In this document: piece by piece, positions 1 to 9,367 of the stretch
Layout of the letters: the number at the start of each line of letters is the position of its first letter
Numbering within the stretch: position 1 is the first letter of the stretch
NCBI GenBank assembly: GCA_002505695.1
Contig: DAVU01000013.1
Coordinates: forward strand, 27,300-91,299
Source of the DNA: Euryarchaeota archaeon UBA487
Lineage (GTDB): Archaea > Thermoplasmatota > Poseidoniia > Poseidoniales > Thalassarchaeaceae
DNA length: 64,000 nt
Direction: 5' to 3'
Made by a program: the position numbers and the translations under genes
Notes under the pieces: model-generated
Databases searched by the model: none
The model's input: the letters and a program-made list of their open reading frames with translations, nothing else
Told to the model about the DNA's origin: nothing

Positions 1-1
1 C

Positions 2-394
2 GAGGGCACGATCACCAGTGAGGATGCGGCGGCTCAGATTGGTTGCGATGTGTCTCAGATTGCCAAGTCAATTGTATTCGAGGGGCAAAGGGGCGGAGTA
101 GTGGTGATAACGAGCGGCGCCAACAAAGTTGATAGGAAGCGGAAATTAAGGGATCTTCTTGGTTTCAAACCGAAGATTGCCTCGGCCTCTTACGTTCTAC
201 TAGAGACTGGTTTCGAACCTGGTGGAGTTCCACCCTTCGGCCATAGGAACGAGTGTTTGATATTCATTGATCAAGACTTATTTCATTTTGAATTAGTCTG
301 GGGGGCGGCCGGTTCTTCTGACACTGTATTCCCGATTACTCCCAGACATCTGAAGAGATTTTCTGGCGGTACAGTTGCCGATGTGAAGCTGTAG
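2..394 (+). CDS. YbaK/ProX-type aminoacyl-tRNA deacylase (5' end cut by window edge)
   Basis: The frame is open from nt 2, upstream of the listed Met. 'GFEPGGVPPFGH' resembles the glycine-rich motif of YbaK/EbsC editing domains. Confidence 0.55.
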   Translation, partial: EGTITSEDAAAQIGCDVSQIAKSIVFEGQRGGVVVITSGANKVDRKRKLRDLLGFKPKIASASYVLLETGFEPGGVPPFGHRNECLIFIDQDLFHFELVWGAAGSSDTVFPITPRHLKRFSGGTVADVKL

Positions 395-402
395 GTGAGC
401 AG

Positions 403-1137
403 ATGTTGGCAGGCAGGATAATCGGGGCGACTGCAAAACTGAGGGATGACATGGAGATCTTCGCAGATCGGTTGATGTCAGATGGAATCGTCGATTGTGT
501 ATACAATCCGTTGGCCTACGCCTGGGACGTTCATGTGGCGTATCTGGAGAAATCCGCAACAGCCGGGGCTAAGACGATTCTGTTGGGGATGAATCCCGGC
601 CCCCACGGAATGGGCCAGATGGGTATCCCATTTGCCGCCACTACTGTCGTTCGTGATTTGATTGGTATCAAGGGAATCCGTGTGTTTGAGCCGAGGAAGA
701 TTCATCCAAGACGCCCTGTAGAGGGGCTAAACTGGCCAAAGGAAGAGGTCAGTGGGACCAGGCTCTGGGGCGCTTTAGAGGAGAAATATGGATTAATCGA
801 TAATATATTCAAAAACGTCTTCTTAGTCAACCATTGTCCTCTAATGCTTTTTTCGGGCGAGAGGGCCAGAAACATAACCCCAGACAAAATAGGGGGTCCT
901 GTGACGAGATCTATGTTGGAAAGATGCGATGATTACTTGAGGGAGGTTGTGGACATCATGGGAGCGAAAGTCGTTATCGGAGTTGGAAACTACGCCAAAA
1001 ATAGGGCTACATCAGCTTTCCACGGAAGCGATGTGAGAATATCTTCCTGTTGGCATCCTTCACCTGCTTCCCCGCTGGCAAATAGGAACGGAGGGGCAGA
1101 TTGGAGGGCCAATTTCAAGTCCGTCCTTCCAGAGTGA
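403..1137 (+). CDS. SMUG1-family (family 3) uracil-DNA glycosylase
   Basis: 'LGMNPGPHGMGQMGIPF', 'VNHCPLMLF' and 'WHPSPASPLANRN' match the three SMUG1 signature motifs (GMNPGP.GM.QTGVPF / N.CPL / HPSPRN). Confidence 0.8.
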   Translation: MLAGRIIGATAKLRDDMEIFADRLMSDGIVDCVYNPLAYAWDVHVAYLEKSATAGAKTILLGMNPGPHGMGQMGIPFAATTVVRDLIGIKGIRVFEPRKIHPRRPVEGLNWPKEEVSGTRLWGALEEKYGLIDNIFKNVFLVNHCPLMLFSGERARNITPDKIGGPVTRSMLERCDDYLREVVDIMGAKVVIGVGNYAKNRATSAFHGSDVRISSCWHPSPASPLANRNGGADWRANFKSVLPE

Positions 1138-1146
1138 TTCCGGAAT

Positions 1147-2970
1147 ATGGTTATACGGTGTAGCATACTACACCGGGTGATGACCATCACACTGACGCCC
1201 CGGAACTTGCTCAGGAACGCCGAATTGTACGCCAATGAACCAGCCCTCTCTGTAAAGGCAGGAAAGGCCCCTGATGGAAGTTGGGAATGGGACACGAAAA
1301 CATGGAAGCAGTTCTCAGATGAGGTAGTTTCGGTTTCGAAATCGCTTATCTCAATGGGCTTTGAGAAAGGAGACCGTATGAGCATCTATGCTTACAACCG
1401 CCCCGAGTGGTACTCATGTTATGGCGCCACTCAGATGACGAATGGCGTAGGTGTTGGAGTCTATCACACCTGTTCTCCTGAGGAGGTTGAGTGGGTCATC
1501 GGAGACTCAGGCTCAAAGGTCGTGATCATTGGCGACAATCCCCAATCGGGAGGGGACCCTGAAAAGACCCCGAGTCGAAGATTCGCCAAGATACTCAAGA
1601 ACCTCCCAGATGTTGAGTGTGTGGTGATTTTGGATGGAGTTGAGCCGATAGACCATGAAATGGCGATCTCTTGGACTGATTTCCTAGAAATGGGCAAGGA
1701 CGTTAAGGATTCTGAAGTTCACTCCAGAATCGACGGCATTGAGCCGGACGACCTCGCGGCGCTGATCTACACCTCTGGAACAACTGGAAACCCGAAGGGA
1801 GTCATGCTCACTCATGACAACTGGGATGCTGAGCTCTCTGAGGTTGACCGGATAATTACCCTCAACCAAGGTGAGAACTACGTTTCCTGGCTGCCTTTGG
1901 CTCACGTCTTCGGTCAATTGGTTGACAATCACTTATGGTGCAGATCAGCCATTCACATGCATGTTGTAGACAATGCTCTCCATGTTGTGGACTACGCAAA
2001 AAAGGTGCAGCCACACCTATTCATCGGCGTGCCTAGGATCTACGAGAAAATATACTCCAGCCTCTATTCCAAATTTGGTTCCGGTTTGCTGAAAACCCTC
2101 AGCGGCCTACCACTGATTGGAGGCTTATTGAAGGGTAAGGCCAGGGAGGCTGTCGGCATGAGCAATGTGAGGTTCGCAGTTACTGGCGCAGCCCCAATCA
2201 ACCCAGACATACTCAGATTCTTCCACAAATTCGGAATTCCAGTTTACGAGGGCTATGGTATGACAGAGACCACTGCGGGTGCGACACTTGGACATGGCAG
2301 TGCAAACAAGATTGGGAGTGTTGGAAAGGCCTTTGGGGGAACCGAGTTGAAATTGGCAGATGATGGTGAGATCCTTTTCCGAGGTCGCCACATCATGAAG
2401 GGCTATTTCCAAAATGAGAAGGCGACGGCCGAAACGATGACGGAAGATGGGTGGCTGATGTCGGGAGACATCGGCAAGATCGATGAGGATGGTTTCGTGT
2501 ACATCACAGGCCGAAAGAAGGAGATCTACGTCAACTCCGGTGGGAAAAACATAGCTCCTCTTGTAATCGAGGAGACAATGAAATCAATACCAGAGGTATC
2601 GCAGTGCTTCCTGGTCGGAGACCAGAGGAAATTCTGCTCTGCGTTGTTGACCCTGGATATCGGAGCCGTGTTGCGAGACCACCACGGGGTGGATGCGCAG
2701 AAGGTCCCCAAGGATCCAGCAAAGCAGATTGCGGAGCTCGAGGGCAAGGGATCCAGCGTTGAAAAGGAAGTTGAGAAGCTATATGAGATGATAGACGCCA
2801 AGGTGAAAGAACTGAACAATCAGTTCGCACCTCCAGAGCAAGTTCGGAAGTTCACAATTCTTCCAAGAGACTTCTCCGTCGACTATGGTGAGTTGACCCC
2901 AACGCTGAAGATTCGCCGAAAGCAGATTCGTGAAAACTGGGCTGACGAAATAGAGAAAATGTACTCTTGA
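1147..2970 (+). CDS. Long-chain acyl-CoA synthetase (AMP-forming ligase)
   Basis: AMP-binding signature 'YTSGTTGNPKGVMLTH', 'GYGMTE', 'GWLMSGDIG', 'TPTLKIRR'. An alternative start at Met12 (nt 1180) is possible. Confidence 0.85.
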   Translation: MVIRCSILHRVMTITLTPRNLLRNAELYANEPALSVKAGKAPDGSWEWDTKTWKQFSDEVVSVSKSLISMGFEKGDRMSIYAYNRPEWYSCYGATQMTNGVGVGVYHTCSPEEVEWVIGDSGSKVVIIGDNPQSGGDPEKTPSRRFAKILKNLPDVECVVILDGVEPIDHEMAISWTDFLEMGKDVKDSEVHSRIDGIEPDDLAALIYTSGTTGNPKGVMLTHDNWDAELSEVDRIITLNQGENYVSWLPLAHVFGQLVDNHLWCRSAIHMHVVDNALHVVDYAKKVQPHLFIGVPRIYEKIYSSLYSKFGSGLLKTLSGLPLIGGLLKGKAREAVGMSNVRFAVTGAAPINPDILRFFHKFGIPVYEGYGMTETTAGATLGHGSANKIGSVGKAFGGTELKLADDGEILFRGRHIMKGYFQNEKATAETMTEDGWLMSGDIGKIDEDGFVYITGRKKEIYVNSGGKNIAPLVIEETMKSIPEVSQCFLVGDQRKFCSALLTLDIGAVLRDHHGVDAQKVPKDPAKQIAELEGKGSSVEKEVEKLYEMIDAKVKELNNQFAPPEQVRKFTILPRDFSVDYGELTPTLKIRRKQIRENWADEIEKMYS

Positions 2971-2987
2971 GTGAAGGTGTGGTTTGA

Positions 2988-3611
2988 TTGAGTCCAGAGG
3001 CTTGGCTAGCCTTGGCCATGGTTTTCACCCTAGGGGCAATGAGTCCGGGCCCTTCCCTCGCAGTCGTACTCAGAAACACCATTTCAGGTGGGCGCAAGCA
3101 AGGCATAGCCACAGGAGTTGGACATGGAATTGGATTTGGGATATACGCTTTTACTGCCGCCTTGGGGCTTGCCACTGCACTGTCTGTTCACTCAGGAGTG
3201 GAGGTATTGCTCAAGTGGGGAGGAACCCTGATTTTACTGTGGTTGGGAATTACATTCCTCAGTCATGCATTAAGCGGGACCAAGGACATTGATGGGCCTG
3301 TAGAGATTGAGTCCAACGGAGTTACTGGTTTTCTACAGGGGTTCTTCATTGCCATCTTCAATCCGAAGATACTGGCTTGGATGTTGGCCTTGTATTCCCC
3401 ATTCATAGAGGCTGATGTTGTACTCAGTACCCTCATCGGAATGGGGGTTCTGGGTATGGTCATTGATGGGACCTGGTATGTCTCAGTCGCTTCATTTCTC
3501 TCAAAGGGAGACAAGATCAACACTCTACGCAGAAAAGCCCACATTGTCGATGGTGCAATGGGTGTTTTGATGTTCGTCTTTGCCGGTCTGCTGGTAACCG
3601 GTACACTATGA
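2988..3611 (+). CDS. LysE/RhtB family amino-acid exporter
   Basis: About six hydrophobic segments. N-terminal 'FTLGAMSPGPSLAVVL' is typical of the LysE family. A TTG start is needed to keep TM1. Confidence 0.7.
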   Translation: MSPEAWLALAMVFTLGAMSPGPSLAVVLRNTISGGRKQGIATGVGHGIGFGIYAFTAALGLATALSVHSGVEVLLKWGGTLILLWLGITFLSHALSGTKDIDGPVEIESNGVTGFLQGFFIAIFNPKILAWMLALYSPFIEADVVLSTLIGMGVLGMVIDGTWYVSVASFLSKGDKINTLRRKAHIVDGAMGVLMFVFAGLLVTGTL

Positions 3612-3668
3612 GAGAGAAATCAGTCAATCATCCGATGAGGTCATTGCTGGGAGCATCATCGGATTGGT

Positions 3669-6600
3669 GTGGCGAGTGCGGGCTCAACAAGAGGAGCTGT
3701 GAAAAAAAATGGTAGGGACGTGCCTATCAGGGTGATCACTGCGGCTGCCATTTTCGACGGCCATGATGCTGCCATTGGAATATTCAGGAGAATCTTTCAA
3801 TCAATGGGCTGTGAAGTGATTCACCTTGGCCATGATAGAAGTGCTGAGGACGTAGCCAAGGCTGCCATACAAGAAGACGCGCATCTCATTGCAATCACCT
3901 CCTACCAAGGAGGTGCGGTGGAAATGTTCACACACACCAAGAACCTTCTCAATGCTGCTGGCTTTGGTCATGTCGTTCTAGTCGGCGGGGGTGGCGGCAC
4001 AATACTCCCATCTGAGATAAGGCACCTTCGAGACTCAGGGATCGCGAGAATTTACTCACCGGACGACGGCAGAGAGTTGGGTCTGACCGGCATGGTCCAA
4101 GACGCGATCGACCTCGTCTCTGATCTTGATCTAAACTCAGAATCGAGGTTTAGAAACCTAGAACATATTACCTGCGATGACCAAGGAGGGGTATCCAGAC
4201 TGCTGACTTATGCCGAAAACCATGGATCGAACCTCCATGGTGCCACTGGTGAGGAGAAAGCTGTCTGCCCTGTTATCGGACTCACCGGAACCGGGGGGGC
4301 TGGCAAATCGAGCCTCACGGATGAGTTGGTACTCAGAATAATGAGGGACAATCCCGACACCAAAATAGCGCTCTTAGCGACAGACCCCACGAGGAAAAGG
4401 ACGGGTGGAGCTCTACTTGGTGATAGAATACGGATGAACTCACTGAGAAAGGATGGGACTTTCATGAGGTCGTTTGCCAGCAGGGATAGCGGCAGGGAGC
4501 TCTCGAACGCCATAGGTAGGTCCATCGAGGTCTGCAGATCAGTTGGCTTTGACCTACTAATCGTCGAGACTAGTGGCATCGGACAGGGTGACGATGCCAT
4601 CACAGACATATCGGACGTTTCACTGTATGTGACCACTAGGGAATACGGGGCTCCAAGCCAACTGGAGAAGCTAGCAGCACTGGATTTCGCTGACGTCGTT
4701 GTGCTGAACAAGTTTGACCGACCAGGGGCAGAAGACGCCTTGTTGGAAATAAGAAAACAAGTCCGAAGAAATCGAGAATTGTGGGATCATGATGATTCGG
4801 ATCTACCCGTGATCCCGACAGTGGCTAGTCGATTTGCGGATGCGGGGGTGGACAGGCTCTGGGAAAAGGTTTCTACCCTGATCAACGAGAGATTCTCAAC
4901 GCAATTCATTGCATCAAAAGCTCGAATGTCCGATGATGGGCTACCTGAGCGGTCCCAGCCGTTGCCCCCATCTCGCCACGGTTATTTATCCGAGGTATCA
5001 AAATGCATCAGAGATTATCACGAAAAAACTGAGGCTCAGGCGATTCTTGCAAGCTTAATTCAAGACCTAGAGAACTCCGCTTCAAGGATGAGGGATTCTG
5101 GTAAAACGGAGGCGTCTTTGGATCTGCAGGAGGAGGCTGACAGACTCAGGGCAGAATTGGGCCGGGAAGTCATCGATAGTCTAAGCCTGTTGGACCAAAT
5201 CTCCGAGGATTACTCTTCTGGAAAGACGGATTACCTCGTCAGAGGGAACAAGATAGAGGTCAACACCACCAAGAAGACGCTATCGGGATTGGATCTCCCA
5301 AGAGTTGCACTTCCCACAACGTCGGATTGGGGGGATCGCGTCAGGTGGATTCGGTCAGAAAACCTGCCCGGTGCCTTTCCATACACTGCAGGTGTTTTTC
5401 CTTTCAAACGCGAGGACGAGCTTCCAGTTCGAATGTTTGCTGGCGAGGGTTCTGCGGAAAGGACCAATGAGAGATACCATTTCTTGGCCAACGATCAACC
5501 CTTCAATAGGCTCTCTGTTGCCTTTGATTCACCCAGCCTGTATGGTCATGACCCTGCCACCCAACTAGACATATTCGGGAAAGTCTGTGAATCCGGAGTC
5601 TCAATAAGCACCATTGATGAGATGGAAAGATTGTTTGATGGATTCAATCTCTGTGCTCCTGAGACTAGTGTCTCGATGACGATAAATGGGAACTATTGGT
5701 GGCATCTGGCAGCCTTCTTCCGTGTCGCTCAACGGCAACAAATCAGGATTTTTACAAAGGAAAACGGAAGAGAACCGAATGCGACCGAGGTTGAGGAAAT
5801 CAAGGCTTTCACCCTCTCGAACGTAAGAGGTACCGTACAGGCAGACCAACTCAAAGAGGCGATGGGCCAGAACACCCTCGTATTCAACCTAGACACATCT
5901 CTCCGAATGATGGGTGATGTTGCTGAATTCTATGTCAACAATGGCATAAGGAATCATTACTTCGTTAGCATATCTGGTTATCACATTGCAGAGGCCGGAG
6001 CCAATCCAATTACACAGGCCGCCCTCACGCTGGCTAATGGTCTTACATACGTCGAATTATTCAAGGCAAGAGGTCTTGACCCAGATCAGTTCCTACGAAA
6101 TTTCTCTTGGTTCTTCTCAAATGGCATGGACCCAGAGTATGTCGTAATTGGCAGGGTCGCGAGACGTATATGGTCTATAGCAATGCGCGAGATGTACAAC
6201 GTAGGTGAAAGAGGTCAGAAACTCAAGTATCACATCCAGTCCTCAGGAAGGTCACTGCATGCTCAAGAGTACACATGGAACGACTACCGAACTACCCTTC
6301 AAGCTCTATATGCATTGGCGGATAACGCAAACTCCCTCCATACCAATAGCCGGGATGAGGCATTCGGGACGCCCACGGAGGGGACTGTCAGAGATGCAGT
6401 TGCAATCCAACTCATCCTATCAAAGGAGTATGGATTGCTGCAAAATGAGAATCCGCTGCAAGGGTCACACATAACCACATGGCTAACTGAGAATGTCGAG
6501 GCCCAGATACTGAAAATTTTTGAAGAAATGAATCGAAGAGGAGGGGTCTTGGGGTCTCTGGAGGTTAATTATCAGAGGAATCGAATTCAAGATGAGTCGA

Positions 6601-6944
6601 TGGTATACGAACACAGAAAGCATACAGGCGACATCCCAATCGTTGGAGTCAACACATTCCAAGACCCTGATTCCAAGAACCTTTCAGCCGATGAGGCTGA
6701 CTCTTTCAAGCTTGATGTCACACGATCCGATAGCGATGAGAAGAAAATGGTAATTCTTAGAAACGAGGAATTCAGGGCACGATATGCCAACGAGGCCGAG
6801 ATGGGAATCGAGCGCCTGAAGAACACAGCAAGAGAAGGAGGGAACCTCTTCGAAGTGATGATGGATATCGTTGAGTATTGTACTGTTGGCCAAGTCACAG
6901 AGGCTCTGTTCGAGATCGGTGGCCAATTCAGAAGAAATATGTAG
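3669..6944 (+). CDS. icmF: Fused isobutyryl-CoA mutase (B12-binding domain + MeaB-like GTPase + mutase substrate domain)
   Basis: N-terminal 'DGHDAAIG' (DxHxxG B12 motif). Central P-loop 'GLTGTGGAGKSSL' and 'VLNKFD' (NKxD). C-terminal acyl-CoA mutase barrel, about 1090 aa. GTG start. Confidence 0.85.
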   Translation: MASAGSTRGAVKKNGRDVPIRVITAAAIFDGHDAAIGIFRRIFQSMGCEVIHLGHDRSAEDVAKAAIQEDAHLIAITSYQGGAVEMFTHTKNLLNAAGFGHVVLVGGGGGTILPSEIRHLRDSGIARIYSPDDGRELGLTGMVQDAIDLVSDLDLNSESRFRNLEHITCDDQGGVSRLLTYAENHGSNLHGATGEEKAVCPVIGLTGTGGAGKSSLTDELVLRIMRDNPDTKIALLATDPTRKRTGGALLGDRIRMNSLRKDGTFMRSFASRDSGRELSNAIGRSIEVCRSVGFDLLIVETSGIGQGDDAITDISDVSLYVTTREYGAPSQLEKLAALDFADVVVLNKFDRPGAEDALLEIRKQVRRNRELWDHDDSDLPVIPTVASRFADAGVDRLWEKVSTLINERFSTQFIASKARMSDDGLPERSQPLPPSRHGYLSEVSKCIRDYHEKTEAQAILASLIQDLENSASRMRDSGKTEASLDLQEEADRLRAELGREVIDSLSLLDQISEDYSSGKTDYLVRGNKIEVNTTKKTLSGLDLPRVALPTTSDWGDRVRWIRSENLPGAFPYTAGVFPFKREDELPVRMFAGEGSAERTNERYHFLANDQPFNRLSVAFDSPSLYGHDPATQLDIFGKVCESGVSISTIDEMERLFDGFNLCAPETSVSMTINGNYWWHLAAFFRVAQRQQIRIFTKENGREPNATEVEEIKAFTLSNVRGTVQADQLKEAMGQNTLVFNLDTSLRMMGDVAEFYVNNGIRNHYFVSISGYHIAEAGANPITQAALTLANGLTYVELFKARGLDPDQFLRNFSWFFSNGMDPEYVVIGRVARRIWSIAMREMYNVGERGQKLKYHIQSSGRSLHAQEYTWNDYRTTLQALYALADNANSLHTNSRDEAFGTPTEGTVRDAVAIQLILSKEYGLLQNENPLQGSHITTWLTENVEAQILKIFEEMNRRGGVLGSLEVNYQRNRIQDESMVYEHRKHTGDIPIVGVNTFQDPDSKNLSADEADSFKLDVTRSDSDEKKMVILRNEEFRARYANEAEMGIERLKNTAREGGNLFEVMMDIVEYCTVGQVTEALFEIGGQFRRNM

Positions 6945-6968
6945 GGCCCTAGATTTTGTTGATATGCC

Positions 6969-7724
6969 ATGTCTTCCGCACTCGTCACTGGAGCATCTAG
7001 CGGGATCGGACTAGAGATAGCACGCACATTGGCACCCATGGTAGATAGTCTGATAATCACAGGGAGGCGAGAGGAGCCTCTGAGAGACTTGGAAAAAGAG
7101 CTGATTGGAATAGTTGATGTTAAGGTAGTCATAGCCGACCTGTCCACTGAATCAGGAGTGGATTTTTTGATAGAGGAGGCAGGTGATTTGGATATACTGG
7201 TCAACAATGCCGGATACGGATTGTATGGTAGGATTGCTGATCAAGATCCCGATAAACTGCTTGGGATCGTCGATGTGAACATACGAGCCTTGACCAAGCT
7301 AGGGCACCATCATTCAACCAACATGCGCATGAAGGGGAAGGGCAAGATTCTGAACGTCGCCTCTATCGCAGCATTCCAACCTGGGCCAGGGTTGGCTGTT
7401 TATTGTGCCAGCAAAGCGTATGTTCTCTCACTATCTCGTGCCATGAGTGCAGAATTGAAGGGGAGTGGAGTCACAGTCACTGCATTGTGTCCAGGATACG
7501 TTGAAACTGGATTTCAATCAACCTCTGGGATGAAGTTGACCGGGGTCGAAATTTGGAGTTCACTTCCCGCGAGAAGTGTTGCGAAGAAGGCTGTTCAAGC
7601 TATGATGAAGGGTCGTAGAGAGGTGATTCCGGGTATCATCAACTGGCTCATCCCCATGTTTGCACGCATCTTACCTATTCGAATTCAGTTGATCATAGTC
7701 AAAGCCAGCCTAATGATGAGATAG
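6969..7724 (+). CDS. Short-chain dehydrogenase/reductase (SDR)
   Basis: 'ALVTGASSGIGLEIA' Rossmann motif, 'NNAG', 'YCASKAY' catalytic YxxxK. Confidence 0.8.
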   Translation: MSSALVTGASSGIGLEIARTLAPMVDSLIITGRREEPLRDLEKELIGIVDVKVVIADLSTESGVDFLIEEAGDLDILVNNAGYGLYGRIADQDPDKLLGIVDVNIRALTKLGHHHSTNMRMKGKGKILNVASIAAFQPGPGLAVYCASKAYVLSLSRAMSAELKGSGVTVTALCPGYVETGFQSTSGMKLTGVEIWSSLPARSVAKKAVQAMMKGRREVIPGIINWLIPMFARILPIRIQLIIVKASLMMR

Positions 7725-8618
7725 TCAGCGTTGACAAGCCGGACATGAGTATGTAGACCTGCCCGATTGAACGTATCTTTGGACAGTCCCGCTGCAACCC
7801 TCATTCAGACATGGCTCTCCCTCTCTCCCGTACACTTGGAATGACAATGGGAAGTAGCCCAAGGCTTCTTCACCGTGGACGCCCCTGTAATCATTCAAAG
7901 TGGAGCCTCCGACGTCGATTGCCTCAGAGATGACATCGTGGATAGAGCTCACTAGCCTATGTAGCCTGTTGGTTGGGCCTCGTTCGGAGGCGATGGTTCC
8001 TGAGCGTCTGCGCGGAGAAAGTCTAGCCCTGCTCAAAGCTTCACACACGTATATGTTACCGAGTCCTGCGATGATGCCTTGATTCAGGAGTGATGCCTTC
8101 AGAGGCGCCTTCCTTCCCACGAAAGATTTGTTCAGTATGTCTGGGGTTAGCATATTCGGCAGAGGATCAGGTCCGAGCTTTTCCAGCATGGGATGAAACC
8201 TCTCATTACCTGGGTCTATGACATCAATGAAACCGAATCTGCGGGGATCTGAGTAGACTGCCTCAGTGCCATTCTCAAATTCTAATATGACCCAGTCGTG
8301 AGGGCCTTCGCCGGTCCCTATCATCCCCCCGTGTGCGAATCTTCCAGGAGTAGATTTCAAGTCCTCAGAAATTATCGTCCACCTGCCAGACATGCCAAGA
8401 TGACTGAGAATAATGGTGCCATCATCGAGTTCAATCAGTAGGAATTTGGCCTTTCTCCTGATGGAAATTATAGCCTTTTTTTCTGTCTTGGACTGGATGT
8501 CAGTTGGAATGGGGAATCTCAGGTCCTTCCTTTTTGTGATTAATCTCGAGATTCTTTGCCCGAGCAGGGATTCTTCCAGACCACGTCGGACTGTCTCCAC
8601 CTCGGGTAGCTCGGGCAT
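7725..8618 (-). CDS. mutM: Formamidopyrimidine-DNA glycosylase / Nei family
   Basis: N-terminal 'MPELPEVETVRRGL' (catalytic Pro2/Glu3), H2TH region, C-terminal zinc finger 'C..C...C..CQR'. Confidence 0.85.
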   Translation of the reverse strand: MPELPEVETVRRGLEESLLGQRISRLITKRKDLRFPIPTDIQSKTEKKAIISIRRKAKFLLIELDDGTIILSHLGMSGRWTIISEDLKSTPGRFAHGGMIGTGEGPHDWVILEFENGTEAVYSDPRRFGFIDVIDPGNERFHPMLEKLGPDPLPNMLTPDILNKSFVGRKAPLKASLLNQGIIAGLGNIYVCEALSRARLSPRRRSGTIASERGPTNRLHRLVSSIHDVISEAIDVGGSTLNDYRGVHGEEALGYFPLSFQVYGREGEPCLNEGCSGTVQRYVQSGRSTYSCPACQR

Positions 8619-8655
8619 GGACTCGGGCTGTCAACCAGTTTGAAGAGCCTGTGGG

Positions 8656-9366
8656 TCATACTTTTCGAGCGACAATTACGATGTGCTGTTCTTCCAACCC
8701 CCTCAGATCGATCCTTTCGATTATTTCTAGATGGTCTGCTGAATTAATGATGGATTCAGACTCATCGAAATGTTGCTCGTCTCCCCCGGTTGACCACCTC
8801 TCACTGGCGGCTTTGATCGAGATGATTCCAAGGCCTCCTTTTCCCAGTAGATAGCTTGTCGAGTTGATGAAAGACTTCGCCTGATCAGGCATGCTAAGAT
8901 CTTGAAATAACCAATCCGCCATCCTGGGGAGATAGGGTGCTAGATTGAGGGGGTATCTGGCGTCTCCCAGTATCGGAACAATGCCTGGTCTTGCATGGCA
9001 TAGAGTCAATAGATCTCGCATCATTCTTGAAGAGATATCCACTGCAAGAATTTTGCCTCCATGATGATTGCCTGCACCACATACGTGATCGTGCAAATGA
9101 CTCACAGTAGATCCACTGGAAGCACCCAAATATACAACCAAGGATCCTGGATTTGGAATGAGGGTCGAGGGATCCACCTTGGACCTCATGAGCATGGCCG
9201 CGACTTTCGATCGGCGGCCATCCCATTTCCTCCACTCAATTCTGCCGTCTCTCTTTCTACGCTCACCCCTTACTGATTTCCCCCGAACGGCATTTCTGGT
9301 CCACAGACCACCTTTCTCTTTTCTCACTCCCCATCCCAGTGAAACATGACGGGGCATTTCTGTCAC
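8656..9366 (-). CDS. flpA: Fibrillarin-like rRNA/tRNA 2'-O-methyltransferase
   Basis: 'EWRKWDGRRSKVAAML' and SAM motif 'VVYLGASSGSTVSHLHD'. Lies 1 nt downstream of nop5. Confidence 0.85.
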   Translation of the reverse strand: MTEMPRHVSLGWGVRKEKGGLWTRNAVRGKSVRGERRKRDGRIEWRKWDGRRSKVAAMLMRSKVDPSTLIPNPGSLVVYLGASSGSTVSHLHDHVCGAGNHHGGKILAVDISSRMMRDLLTLCHARPGIVPILGDARYPLNLAPYLPRMADWLFQDLSMPDQAKSFINSTSYLLGKGGLGIISIKAASERWSTGGDEQHFDESESIINSADHLEIIERIDLRGLEEQHIVIVARKV

Positions 9367-9367
9367 C

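Noticed and set aside
3612-3668. Cobalamin riboswitch upstream of icmF
   Set aside because: The spacer is only 57 nt, with a simple 9-bp hairpin. There is no B12-box-like sequence, the region is too short for the aptamer, and such riboswitches are not expected in archaea.
6587-7207. 206-aa minus-strand ORF
   Set aside because: It is antisense to the 3' end of icmF and the 5' end of the SDR, both of which have strong family motifs. It is Ser-rich and low-complexity, typical of a shadow ORF.
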